64,000 bases of DNA. It comes from Bdellovibrionales bacterium. GTDB taxonomy: Bacteria; Bdellovibrionota; Bdellovibrionia; Bdellovibrionales; UBA1609. Made by a program: the position numbers and the translations under genes. Shown here one piece after another: positions 28,147 through 38,205 of the stretch (position 1 is its first letter; every line of letters starts with the position of its first letter). The notes beneath the pieces are model-generated. The model had not been told where the DNA came from and ran no database searches. It saw only the letters and a program-made list of their open reading frames with translations. Where the stretch lies: NCBI GenBank assembly GCA_965204055.1, contig OZ241967.1, forward strand, positions 834,144 to 898,143, in the 5' to 3' direction.

Positions 28147-31100
28147 ATGCGAAATGGCTCTCTGTTTATTTTTTTTCTATTGTTTTTCTCATCTGGACGC
28201 GTTTTCTCTATGAATAAGGTCCAACCCTCCGATGTGGATTACTACATACATAAAAACCCCTCCTTTTCTTTGATTTTTAATAAGGATTTCTTAAAAAATA
28301 ACAAAAGGGATTTGATATATATTCATAAAAAGCTTTCCTATTACGATGATATTTACCGAGAAATATTTACTAAAAAACTAAAAGAAACCCCTATTTATAT
28401 TTTTGCTTCTTCAAATAATCAAATTTCAAATGCAGTTACCTCAGGTATACCTTTTTTAAAGGTGTTATTTTTCCCAACAGGAGTGGAAAAAATGACACAT
28501 ATAGCTACTACTTCGTGGGAGGACACTGTAATAGCACATGAATTGGCTCACACCTTTCAGTTGGGGCAAATGTCAGACAGCTTGAAATACATAAAGCCCG
28601 TTTTTAAAAATTCAGAAGTTATCTTTCTGCCTATCCCTATTTTTTTAAATGTCAATTTAACTATGCCTCTTTTTTTATTGGAAGGTCATGCCGTTCTTAG
28701 TGAATCTCTTTTTGCTCCAGGGGGTAGGCTTTACAGTGGATCGGCTCGCGCTATGGTTTTTTCTCAAATAAAAAACAAATTTCAAACAACCAATCAGTTT
28801 ATAAAACATTATTTGATAAACAGAACAAGAGACTCCTTTTCCGTCCAGCAACAATACACTCACGGAGGGTATTTTTTTAATTCTTTATTGCAAAAATATG
28901 ATATAAAAACTATTAACAACATTTTTAAAAAACATGCAGAACATTTTATTGCCCCTTTTTCTTTTATTTCTGTTAAATCTACTTTTGAAAGTGTTTTTGG
29001 TGCCAGTTTTGAAAGTCTGGTTAATCATTATATCCAAAAATATCTCCTTCTATCTGAACAGCAAAAAAAATCTCCTGAAAAAACTTTATTTAAAAGTGCT
29101 ATTTGCCCCCCTTTTAATAGAACTCAAAAAGAGATTTTTTTTCTTACTTCAAATTTAAAAAGCACACCCACCTTAAGAATCTTAAATCTTTCTACAAAAA
29201 AATGGAGAAAAAGAAAAAAAGTTTTTTCAGTAGGAAAAGTTTTTAAAATTAAAAATCGCTACTATGTTTCTACTTCTGCAAAAATTAGCTCAAAAAAGAT
29301 AATTTACGGATTATTTTCTGAAGGTATGGGCAGTATGTATTTTAAAAAATATAAATCACAGAATATGCAAGATATATATAAAGATCAGACACTTTCTATT
29401 GATACAAGTAATAATATGCACGGCTTTAACCTTATGTTAAATGGCAAATTTTACGATACAACCCATTCTCCTGCTCTATTTGGCCCAGAAGGGGATATAT
29501 ATTACTTTAAACAAGAAGGGGACCAAAGAGTTATGCACAAAAACAAAATCCCTTTGTTTCAATTTAGGGGGTTTTATGGAAAACCTGTGGGAGTGGATTT
29601 AGGTGGCATTGTTTATTTTATATCTGCTTCTCTTTTTGGTTCTTCTTTATACGCATGGATTCCTGAAGTGGGTATTCAGAGGGTATCCCCGTCTGATGTG
29701 ATAATAGATGCTGTTCCAGGGCCAAACCATCAGTTTCTGGTCTGTGAAGTGGAGCCAGAGTCTTATGCTTATAAAATAATACCTATAAGAGCCTCTAATG
29801 AACAACCGGTTTTTTATGAATATCCTTTTGAAACTGTTTCGAACTCTTTGTCTACTCTACCTTCTTTATCTCACATTAAAACGGAGCAATCTCGTAAAAT
29901 GTTAACAGAAAATCCAGATCCTTTTCAAGAAGATGCTTCGTATCTGGAAGAGCTAAAAAAAATAGATCAAACAGAAGACGCAACATATAAGTCTAAAGAA
30001 GAAACGGAAGGGGTAGGAGGGGCAGATCCATTAAGCTCTCCCGTATCTCCTCACTTTGATTTGTCTTATTCTTCATCTGTAAAACCTCATTCCCATAATA
30101 TTCCCTATTCCCGTTATAATTCCCTGATGAATATTAGTTTTAGTGGCATAGAGTTAGGGGCGTTTCGTGATCCTATTACGGAATATAATAGCCTGGTAAA
30201 AGCTCATTTTCAGGATCCTTTGGAATACAATTCTTTTCACTTTGCTTATCAGCAATCCCTTGAAAACTGGATAAATGTTAAAAGTTGGGCACCAAAAAAT
30301 TGGATGTTTCAAACAAAATACATGAATAGGGCTTATATTTTATCATGGGATGTCCAATACACTTACAAACAAGGACCGGAAAACTTTTCTGGTTCCAGAG
30401 CTTACTCTTATATCCATGAATTTAGTCAAGGGTTTTTATTTCCGATATTTGAATTTGGTTATTGGAACTCGGCCTTTTCCGTTAAAAATAGTCTTTCTTC
30501 TCTGGAAATAAAAGACAGATCAGACACCTCTTATTATTTTAGCACAGAACCAACCCTTCAGCTTCAATATAGAAGAAAATACAAAAAAAACTTTGATTTT
30601 TATAGAAAATTTTTATTAAAAACCGGATTACAGTATCGTTTAAAACTCTCCCCGGATAGTGAGTCTAACTATAAAATAAAAGCGCAATCTTATTATCTTT
30701 TTAATTGGGGGTGGGAATTTTACACTCAACCTTTCTTTAATTATCAAACAGCTTTAAAACCAAAGTCTGTTCCTTTTCGTTATTTAAAACCATTAGATAT
30801 AGTGGGCGCGCCTACTTTAAATCTTTTTTTAGAAAAAAGACTACTGGAAGAAACTAATGAATATCTTTCTACAGGGATAAATTTTCAAAAATTTATTGAA
30901 ACCCCAGTTTACTTTTCACGATACCCTCTTTCTTTAAGAGGGATAGCCCCTTTATTTAAAGGCAAGTATTTTTCTTTTTTGGACAATGACGATAATAAAT
31001 ATTTGCATTTTGCGGAATGGACTTTTGGTATCAAAACAGAATTGTTGTTTCACCATAAAGTGAAGGTGACACTCAATTTTTATACAGGTTATAGCCATCC

Positions 31101-31242
31101 TCTGAATTTTAATTTTTTAGATAAGGATATAAAAAAGAAAAGGGGAAACCAGGCAAAAAAACCAGGAAAAACCTCTCGAACCTTAAAAGCAGGTTTAAGC
31201 CATAATTTTCAATTTGGTATTCAACTTAAGTCCCACTTTTAA
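28147..31242 (+). CDS. large secreted protein with an HExxH motif and an OMP-like C-terminus
   Basis: Signal peptide. HELAH at 28537-28551 (VIAHELAHTFQLG), followed by LLEGHAV. C-terminal third is rich in alternating aromatic/polar residues and ends ...FQFGIQLKSHF (terminal Phe). Confidence 0.6.
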   Translation: MRNGSLFIFFLLFFSSGRVFSMNKVQPSDVDYYIHKNPSFSLIFNKDFLKNNKRDLIYIHKKLSYYDDIYREIFTKKLKETPIYIFASSNNQISNAVTSGIPFLKVLFFPTGVEKMTHIATTSWEDTVIAHELAHTFQLGQMSDSLKYIKPVFKNSEVIFLPIPIFLNVNLTMPLFLLEGHAVLSESLFAPGGRLYSGSARAMVFSQIKNKFQTTNQFIKHYLINRTRDSFSVQQQYTHGGYFFNSLLQKYDIKTINNIFKKHAEHFIAPFSFISVKSTFESVFGASFESLVNHYIQKYLLLSEQQKKSPEKTLFKSAICPPFNRTQKEIFFLTSNLKSTPTLRILNLSTKKWRKRKKVFSVGKVFKIKNRYYVSTSAKISSKKIIYGLFSEGMGSMYFKKYKSQNMQDIYKDQTLSIDTSNNMHGFNLMLNGKFYDTTHSPALFGPEGDIYYFKQEGDQRVMHKNKIPLFQFRGFYGKPVGVDLGGIVYFISASLFGSSLYAWIPEVGIQRVSPSDVIIDAVPGPNHQFLVCEVEPESYAYKIIPIRASNEQPVFYEYPFETVSNSLSTLPSLSHIKTEQSRKMLTENPDPFQEDASYLEELKKIDQTEDATYKSKEETEGVGGADPLSSPVSPHFDLSYSSSVKPHSHNIPYSRYNSLMNISFSGIELGAFRDPITEYNSLVKAHFQDPLEYNSFHFAYQQSLENWINVKSWAPKNWMFQTKYMNRAYILSWDVQYTYKQGPENFSGSRAYSYIHEFSQGFLFPIFEFGYWNSAFSVKNSLSSLEIKDRSDTSYYFSTEPTLQLQYRRKYKKNFDFYRKFLLKTGLQYRLKLSPDSESNYKIKAQSYYLFNWGWEFYTQPFFNYQTALKPKSVPFRYLKPLDIVGAPTLNLFLEKRLLEETNEYLSTGINFQKFIETPVYFSRYPLSLRGIAPLFKGKYFSFLDNDDNKYLHFAEWTFGIKTELLFHHKVKVTLNFYTGYSHPLNFNFLDKDIKKKRGNQAKKPGKTSRTLKAGLSHNFQFGIQLKSHF

Positions 31243-31255
31243 ATTAAACAGAGGA

Positions 31256-31412
31256 TTAACTGAGTCACCTGTGCAAAACCCTGCTCATCCTTGTTAAACT
31301 AAAAATCCAAGTTGTTGGCTCTGCAAAGCCAAATCATTGGCTTTGCAGTCCCTTGAGGAGCTGGAATCTTGCTGGTTTTAAGAGGATGTGACTCAAGCCA
31401 TTTACTTAACTG
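31256..31412. mobile_element. MITE-like repeat module (variant TIR) with CTGCAAAGCC hairpin
   Basis: TTAACTGAGTCACCTGTGCAAAAC ... GATGTGACTCAAGCCATTTACTTAACTG. Internal perfect hairpin CTGCAAAGCC-N8-GGCTTTGCAG (31321-31348), followed by the CCCTTGAGGAGCTGGAATCTTGCTGG module that is also seen at 37815-37850. Confidence 0.45.
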
Positions 31413-31483
31413 AACGGATTTATTCAGGATTGGTTCATTTTTCTTGCAATTATTTTCAAAACTTTTTATACAAACATTAGATT

Positions 31484-32500
31484 ATGGAATTAAAAAATAA
31501 AAAAAAACTTAAAGTGGGTATTAATGGTTTTGGCCGGATTGGCCGTTGCCTGTTTCGCCTCAGTTTTAAAGATCTGGATATTGTAGCTATAAACAGTCGC
31601 TCTTCTGTTCAGATGGCGGGGCATTTATTAAAATACGACAGTGTTCACGGGATATACCCTCATCCGATTTCTATTGTAGACAATCATCAGCTAAAGGTGG
31701 GAGATAAAAAGATCGCGTATAGCTCTTATCCTCATCCTTCTGAAATTCCTTGGGATAAGTGGGAGGTGGATTGGGTATTGGAATGTTCTGGGTTTTTTAA
31801 AAAAAGGGAAGATTTAAAAGGGCATTTTAAAGAAGGTGCAAAACGGGTTTTTGTATCCGCACCCGCAGAAGGGGAAGATTTTACTCTCATATACGGAGTA
31901 AACCACAAAAGCTTTCAGCCGGAAAAACATAAAATCATCAGTAACGGTTCTTGCACTACCAACTGTTTAGCTCCTCTGATAAAAGTGTTGGACAAAAATT
32001 TTAAGCTTCAAGATTTAATATTTACAACTGTGCATGCCTATACTCAGGATCAAAAGCTTTTAGATTCTTCACACAAAAAAGATTTGCGACGGGCGCGCTC
32101 TGCCCCTCTTTCTATGATTCCCACTACGACGGGTGCAGTTAAAACATTAACCCGTGTGTTTCCGAACTTAAAAGGCCGGATTAACGGGATGGCCGTTCGT
32201 GTCCCTACCGCTAATGTGAGTTTGATAGATTTGGTATTTCGATCTCAGGTTAAAACCAGTGTGCAGGCTGTAAACTCTGCTTTTTTATCCGCTGAAAAAT
32301 CAGATTTAAAAGGGGTGCTGGCTTGTGAAGAAAAAGAACTGGTGAGTATGGATTTTAATGGGAGTCTTTATAGTGCTATTTTGGATCTTTCCTGCACAAT
32401 GCAGACGGAAGAAGGGTTGGTAAAAGTGTTGGCTTGGTATGACAATGAAATGGGTTTTTCCCAAAGAATGATCGATTTTATAAAATGTGTGCCTGTTTAA
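31484..32500 (+). CDS. gap: glyceraldehyde-3-phosphate dehydrogenase
   Basis: NGFGRIGR Rossmann motif, active site SNGSCTTNCLAP, and WYDNE near the C-terminus. Confidence 0.95.
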   Translation: MELKNKKKLKVGINGFGRIGRCLFRLSFKDLDIVAINSRSSVQMAGHLLKYDSVHGIYPHPISIVDNHQLKVGDKKIAYSSYPHPSEIPWDKWEVDWVLECSGFFKKREDLKGHFKEGAKRVFVSAPAEGEDFTLIYGVNHKSFQPEKHKIISNGSCTTNCLAPLIKVLDKNFKLQDLIFTTVHAYTQDQKLLDSSHKKDLRRARSAPLSMIPTTTGAVKTLTRVFPNLKGRINGMAVRVPTANVSLIDLVFRSQVKTSVQAVNSAFLSAEKSDLKGVLACEEKELVSMDFNGSLYSAILDLSCTMQTEEGLVKVLAWYDNEMGFSQRMIDFIKCVPV

Positions 32501-32507
32501 TTTATAG

Positions 32508-33748
32508 ATGAGTAGCCTTTTTATGTCTAATTCAAAATTATATTCTATTGATGACTTTGATTTAAAAAATAAAACCGTTTTTATTCGAACAGATTTTAAT
32601 ATTCCTGTTAAAGATGGAAAGGTAGAAGATCATATTCGTCTTAAACGGTCCTTGCCCACTCTCCAATACGGTTTAGAGCAAAAAGCTAAAATTATTATTG
32701 GGAGTCACCGAGGACGCCCTACAGCAACTAATAAACAGAAATTAAGTTTAGAACCTTTTGGCTATTATCTATGCAAAAAATTAAACTGTGAGATCCTGTT
32801 TATTGAGGACCTAAGCGAGGCTTTGCCATCTCCTTTGCTTTCCTCTTTAAGTGAAAAAAAAATTATTTTGTTAGAAAATTTGCGCTTTCATCCTGGCGAA
32901 GAAAAGGGGGATGAAGATTGGGCAGAGCAAATTTCTTCTTATGTGGATGTTTACATTAATGAGGCTTTTAGCGTTTGTCATAGGCACCATGCCAGCGTGG
33001 GAGTCCTTCCTCGGAAGGTGAAAATGAGAGGGCAAGGTTTTTCCATGAGAAAAGAAAGAGAGACATTGGATTACCTGCGTAACCACTCTTTATCTCCTTT
33101 TTTGTTGTTAGTAGGGGGGGTGAAGGTGGGTGATAAGATAAAAGCTATTAGCCGTTTAATGGATCGTGTGGATTCGGTTTTAATAGGGGGGGTGATGCTT
33201 ATATGGCTTATACTTTTTTAAAAGCGAAAGGGATGTTTACAGGAGAGGCTTTTGCACAAGAAGAAAATCTAAAGCTTGCAGAAGAGTTTATGAATCGTCT
33301 CCAGGTTCGAGGGAAAAAGTTATTATTGCCTGTGGATCATATTGTGTCGCCGGTTAACGGAGATAAAAATCAAGCACGAGTTGTTCCTATTGCTGAAATG
33401 CCAAAAGGATTTTGTCATAAAGATATAGGGCCTGAGACTGTTAAACTTTTTTCAGAGGCTTTAAGCACAGCTCGCACAATATTTTGGAACGGCCCTCTTG
33501 GCCAGTTTGAAGATCCATTATTTGCAAGTGGCACTTTTTCTATATGCGAGGCCATATCTAATGCAAAAAAAGCTTTTCGGGTGGTAGGAGGAGGAGATTC
33601 CCTATCCGCTGTTTTAAAGTCCGGCCAACAAGATGGTTTTGATTATATCTCTACAGGAGGTGGGGCGAGTTTAAAATACTTAGAACAAGGGAGCCTCCCT
33701 GGCATTCAAAGTTTAATAACCCATTTCTCAAACAAAAAGCCCACCTAA
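32508..33748 (+). pseudogene. pgk: phosphoglycerate kinase, split into two ORFs by an 8-nt duplication
   Basis: ORF 32508-33221 is the Pgk N-domain (FIRTDFNIP, GSHRGRP) and ends ...LIGGVMLIWLILF*. ORF 33203-33748 starts MAYTFLKAKG and holds the C-domain (WNGPLGQFE, GGGDS, STGGGASL). The DNA reads GTG ATG CTTAT ATG GCT TAT. Deleting the 8 nt at 33198-33205 joins both ORFs as ...LIGGVMAYTFLKAKG. Confidence 0.9.
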
Positions 33749-33768
33749 AAGATGGGCTAATGTTTTTT
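33738..33768 (+). terminator. possible intrinsic terminator after pgk
   Basis: AGCCCA-CCTAAAAGA-TGGGCT, then AATGTTTTTTT. The stem is short (6 bp). Confidence 0.4.
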
Positions 33769-33803
33769 TCAGTAAGATTTCTGTGTTACTTTCTTGCAAT
33801 TTT

Positions 33804-34886
33804 TTATTTGGCTCCCATTACAGTTTGTGCATGTTTGGCCCAGTCTCCTGAGGGATAAGGGAGGAACCTTTGTGTCATATAAGGCACAACACCAACAAGT
33901 GTAGTCATTATCAATCCAGCATATCCAATGGGAGCTGTTGGCGGAAAAACACTTAGTATAACACTAACCGCCATCGCTCCTAATACTGTCATTGTAAGGA
34001 TCTCACAAGTTTGACGATTCATATCTCCACAGATAAGGCTTACTGTTCGGTTTTCATTTTCTTTCGAAAAATACTCTCCAAAGATTTTAGTACTAATTCC
34101 AACGGCACCTAATCCACCAGCTACCAACAAAAAACCCGCTCCCATTCCAGTTATGGGCGTAAAGCTGAGAATACCCCCTATAATAGCAAAAACAGTAGCT
34201 ATTTTTAGTACGATACATTTTTCATCGTCTCCACAGGCAAAATCCATAAACCAGCTTTTTTCTTCACTCATCGAAGCCTCAAGGTGACTTAATACCTCTA
34301 ACTCTTCTGAAGAAATATTGTTTAAGGCTTCAATTCCACCTGTTTCTATTAAAGTGTTAGCTTTATCTATTACACCTTTGTTTACACCTTCCAGAACAGA
34401 TTCTGTAGAAGAGGTAACTCTTTCTTTTAAATTGTCATTGGCTTGTTGTGCCTTCTTAAGAGCCAGTTCTTCCCGCTGAGCTTGAAAATCGCTCGCTTCC
34501 TTTGAACTGCATTCTGCAGTGATTGACGGTATACCTTGTTTAACATACTTTAAGCATTTTCCTTCAGTGTTTAAAAACACCACTACTTCCCGACCGGAAA
34601 TATCACCTTCCTCCAGGTTAGGACCCGCATACAGAACACCCGTGTTATCCACTGGTATTTTCTTAAGCAGGAGATCAAGTCCTGCCAGTATAATATAACC
34701 TTTATGCTCTTCCAGCTCTTGCTCAGTAAAGACTTGTGTAGTTATGTCATCTGTTAAGTTTGCAGGGTTCTGTTTTGTTGTTGATTCTTCAACAGGGTGA
34801 GGTCCTACTGAAAATCCACTTACTGGCAATAAAGACAGGGAAAGCCCTATCAAACAAGTGATGGTTTGGTTATGAGATTTTTTCAT
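33804..34886 (-). CDS. hypothetical exported protein with C-terminal Gly-rich TM helices
   Basis: Signal peptide MKKSHNQTITCLIGLSLSLLPVSG. The C-terminal third has hydrophobic Gly-zipper-like segments (GMGAGFLLVAGGLGAVGIS). Confidence 0.55.
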   Translation of the reverse strand: MKKSHNQTITCLIGLSLSLLPVSGFSVGPHPVEESTTKQNPANLTDDITTQVFTEQELEEHKGYIILAGLDLLLKKIPVDNTGVLYAGPNLEEGDISGREVVVFLNTEGKCLKYVKQGIPSITAECSSKEASDFQAQREELALKKAQQANDNLKERVTSSTESVLEGVNKGVIDKANTLIETGGIEALNNISSEELEVLSHLEASMSEEKSWFMDFACGDDEKCIVLKIATVFAIIGGILSFTPITGMGAGFLLVAGGLGAVGISTKIFGEYFSKENENRTVSLICGDMNRQTCEILTMTVLGAMAVSVILSVFPPTAPIGYAGLIMTTLVGVVPYMTQRFLPYPSGDWAKHAQTVMGAK

Positions 34887-34953
34887 TTTATTACTCCTTT
34901 ATTTATAATTTGTTTATGTTTATTTTATTCATTTTTTTGTTGTTTTTTTATTT

Positions 34954-36618
34954 TTAGTTGTAAAGCTGTTCTAAAAAAGTTTTTTTATCTTTTGTAAAAA
35001 CAGCTTGTATCAGATCTTCAAATATAGGATCTAAAAATACACCAATATGGCCTCCATATTTAGGATTAAACACAGTGATAGCAGGATTCTTTCCGGCAGA
35101 CTTTAAAATTTCTGTAATCGCTTGGGGCTGGCCTCCCGCATTGTAAGATGAAAGCACAGGATCATCCTGAGAGAGATAAATAGTTAAGGGGCGGTCTATT
35201 TGATCCAAGGCTGGTTTTATGTTTGTTTCTTTATCGTAAAGGGTATCTAATTCCCCTTCAGGTAAAACCATCCCACCCAAGTTGACTGGTTTACCTTGAT
35301 AAGCTTCTATTTCAGTCTGAAGGGCACTGTGTAATGTTTCCCTAAAACCAGTGTTAACATAAGCGTTGTAATAACTTAGCTCACCATTAATATTTAATGG
35401 ATCCACTCCTACTGCCTTTAAAGTATCTGCTAAGTCAACATGGGTAAATTCATTAAAAGCTCTTTCTAAAAAGTCCTGAGGATCGTATTCATAATAATCA
35501 ATAATATCTTCCCAGTTCATTTTGAGGTCTCTATGCGCCAGAGCCATAAACACTATATTTTTAAACCCTATTGTGGTAAGGGCTTTGGTGTGTTCAATCT
35601 CGCTAATGGCAGTGTCTAAATTATGGAATATAACTCTCCCGTGCAAAGTAGGGCTAAAAACAGCTCCACCTAAGCCAAAAAGCCTGTTTTCTTTTGTTTG
35701 GGATTCTAACTCTGCATGAAGTGTATTTCTTTGATCCATTTGTGTTTGGCTATCTGTGGCCAATAATTCAATAGCTAAACCTCCGCCTCCTGAAAATCCA
35801 ATAACGCCAGTTTTGAAAGGGTTAGAGTTTATTGTGTTCAAATAAACTCTTAGTCTGGAATATAAATCCCTGGCAATGGATAAGGCGTCCCAAGGGATTT
35901 CGTCACACACTCCTTCTAAAAAGGCAGGAGACAGATAACCTGCAAAAGAGATAATATTAGGATCGTTAAAATGGTTTTCTAAAGCCGATATGGTTTGGTT
36001 GTTAAAAGAACCTCTTTTCCAGGTGGCATAAGCTCCGGGCAATAAGATAAAGGTATGGGGATTTTTTTGTTTAGAAAGCTTTACAAAAGCCTTAATGGGG
36101 TTGGGGCAAACATCAGAATACTTCATAACTTTTCTATAATTTGAATCAGAAATAGGAGGAAGATTAACTTGGTTGTATTGGCTATCGTCCCGCTCTGGTA
36201 AACGGGAATACATACTGGAGACAATAGCCAAATACATAGGATCGTAAGTGGTGACTTGCCCATTGGCTAAAGATTGAGGAGGGGTATCGTTCCCAAAAAC
36301 ACTTTCTTTTAGAACATTTAAAACAGTGCTTCTTTTTTCTTTGTAAGGAGTTTGTATATATGGATAAGTTGTTATCTTTGGGAGCTGGTTCTTTGTTTGT
36401 GGCAAGATAAGGGTATCATCAGTCTTTGGGTTCTGTGGCAGGCCCTTCTTTGGGGTCAGGTCCTTCTTTAGGGGCAGGTCTGGGATATCAGCTAAAGTTT
36501 GAGAAGTGAAAGTGAGTAGAAATAAGCCAATGATCCATGTTAAAAAATGTTTTTTCATTTTTTTAGCATGGGTTGATAATGTTATGTATGTAAGAGTATT
36601 GTCTAAAATTTTTTTCAT
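34954..36618 (-). CDS. secreted alpha/beta-hydrolase-like protein
   Basis: SD AAGGAGA before the 36618 start. Hydrophobic signal segment FLTWIIGLFLLTFTSQTLA. GxSxG-type elbow in VIGFSGGGGLA. Candidate catalytic His in YGGHIGVF near the C-terminus. Confidence 0.5.
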   Translation of the reverse strand: MKKILDNTLTYITLSTHAKKMKKHFLTWIIGLFLLTFTSQTLADIPDLPLKKDLTPKKGLPQNPKTDDTLILPQTKNQLPKITTYPYIQTPYKEKRSTVLNVLKESVFGNDTPPQSLANGQVTTYDPMYLAIVSSMYSRLPERDDSQYNQVNLPPISDSNYRKVMKYSDVCPNPIKAFVKLSKQKNPHTFILLPGAYATWKRGSFNNQTISALENHFNDPNIISFAGYLSPAFLEGVCDEIPWDALSIARDLYSRLRVYLNTINSNPFKTGVIGFSGGGGLAIELLATDSQTQMDQRNTLHAELESQTKENRLFGLGGAVFSPTLHGRVIFHNLDTAISEIEHTKALTTIGFKNIVFMALAHRDLKMNWEDIIDYYEYDPQDFLERAFNEFTHVDLADTLKAVGVDPLNINGELSYYNAYVNTGFRETLHSALQTEIEAYQGKPVNLGGMVLPEGELDTLYDKETNIKPALDQIDRPLTIYLSQDDPVLSSYNAGGQPQAITEILKSAGKNPAITVFNPKYGGHIGVFLDPIFEDLIQAVFTKDKKTFLEQLYN

Positions 36619-36682
36619 CAGAAGTCTCCTTATTTTTAGTTTATAATTCCAAAATTGGTTTAAAGTTCTTTATATTTTATTT

Positions 36683-37050
36683 ATTCCTCTGTAAAGCCAA
36701 GTACTTGGCTTTACAGTCTCGCGCTTCAGTGGGAATCTCTTGACTCTAAAACCGCAAAAAAGCTTTTTTTCAAAATCAATATCTTACTATATGCAAGATA
36801 GAGAGCATATTAGAAGATATTTTTATAACATACTGGAATCACTAAAACTTTTTATTTTACTAAAGTAAAGAAAAAAAGGTGGAGATTGTATTTTTTTTAA
36901 ATAGGTGTGAATTTTTTACATACCCTCATATAAATATTTTACAGGAATTATTCCTCCGTGCAAAATCTTTATTATTTTCTCTAAACTGAAAAGTCCAACT
37001 GCTTACTTTTTAGTTCTGCCTTGAGCTGGAGTTTTGCCGGTTTGGAGCAA
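36683..37050. repeat. degenerate MITE-derived modules downstream of lipB
   Basis: Hairpin CTGTAAAGCC-AAGTACTT-GGCTTTACAG (36689-36716). TTCAGTGGGAATCTC module. A TIR-like AATTATTCCTCCGTGCAAAATC at 36947, followed by a decayed copy of the hairpin and the GAGCTGGAGTTTTGCCGG module. Confidence 0.4.
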
Positions 37051-37100
37051 AATAAGTTCTGTGTTACTTTGTTATAACAATTTTTTTCACTTTCCACAGA

Positions 37101-37793
37101 TTATTTGTTAAGGTGGGAATGAAAAAAAGATTTTGCAGTTTTACACCAAAAAGAAAACACTTCTTTTAGATTTGCAGACACACCTTGATTTTTAAAAGAG
37201 TCGTGTGGGCGATTAAGCACACCACAACTTCTGATTAACTGAAATAGTTTAAGATCATTTTGTATATTGATAGCCAGTCCATGTTGGCTTACCCCACCTG
37301 AAATATGAATACCGAAAAAAGCAATTTTTCCTTTGTTTGTCCAAAGCCCAGCTGAAGTTTCTTTTTTTACAGCAAAGATTCCATATTCTTTTAAAGTAAT
37401 GATGGTGATTTTCTCTAACATAGATAAAAAATCTCTAAGGCGAATTTTCCACTTTAAAAGCTCCATGATGGGGTAAATGACTAATTGTCCTGGGGAGTGT
37501 AAAGTGGCTTGTCCTCCTCTTTTTATAGGCACAATTTCTATTTGTTTTTTTTTGTATTCCTCAATATTGGCACTAAGATCTTTTTCCTTTGTTCCTCTTA
37601 ACCCCAATGTGATGCAGGCAGGGCATTCAAAGCCCAGCAAGAAAGCTTGTCTGTTTTTACTTGCGGATTCTTTTAATTTTTCCTGTAAAGTAAGGCTTTC
37701 TCGATAAGGTAGTCTATCCTTCCAGATAAACTGAATATCTGAACAGTTATTAAAACTTTCTGATGAAAAAGAATTAACAATAGATTTTTCCAT
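37101..37793 (-). CDS. lipB: octanoyltransferase (lipoyl(octanoyl) transferase)
   Basis: RGGQATLHSPGQLVIYPI and KIAFFGIHISGGVSQHGLAINI motifs. The start was set at MEKSIV (37793) because the upstream 25 codons of the track ORF run into a MITE module. Confidence 0.9.
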   Translation of the reverse strand: MEKSIVNSFSSESFNNCSDIQFIWKDRLPYRESLTLQEKLKESASKNRQAFLLGFECPACITLGLRGTKEKDLSANIEEYKKKQIEIVPIKRGGQATLHSPGQLVIYPIMELLKWKIRLRDFLSMLEKITIITLKEYGIFAVKKETSAGLWTNKGKIAFFGIHISGGVSQHGLAINIQNDLKLFQLIRSCGVLNRPHDSFKNQGVSANLKEVFSFWCKTAKSFFHSHLNK

Positions 37794-37804
37794 ATTGTCC
37801 TTTC

Positions 37805-38074
37805 CAGTCGTCATTCTTGCTGAGGAGCTGGAATCTCTGGGTTTTTTAAAAAGATACGCCCCAAGCAATTTATTTAACTAAACACATCACAGTCGACCAA
37901 TTAGTCCTCCGTGATAAACCTTTTTCATCTCTAAACTGCAAAGCCAAGTACTTAGCTTTGCAGACCCTTGAAAGCGGGTATCCAAGACCTAAACTGAAAG
38001 CCTAAAAGTCTTTCAGCCTTTTTCAAGTGGGAATCTAGTTAAAAAAACAATCTTTTTCACGAGGCACTAATTAG
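37805..38074. mobile_element. MITE nest: a partial module followed by a full ~176-bp MITE
   Basis: 37815-37850 CTTGCTGAGGAGCTGGAATCTCTGGG is a module. The full element at 37899-38074 has TIRs AATTAGTCCTCCGTGATAAAC and CTTTTTCACGAGGCACTAATTAG, with internal hairpin CTGCAAAGCC-AAGTACTT-AGCTTTGCAG (37936-37963). Confidence 0.55.
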
Positions 38075-38205
38075 TTGAACTGGTAGTTTAGCATATTTTT
38101 TAAAAATGGAACAGGAATTTTATCAAAAAATGGCTCCTATTTTGTCATGGAAAAGAGCCTATAAAATGGAGCAAAACCCTTCAGGAAGAGGATTTTTCAG
38201 AAAAT

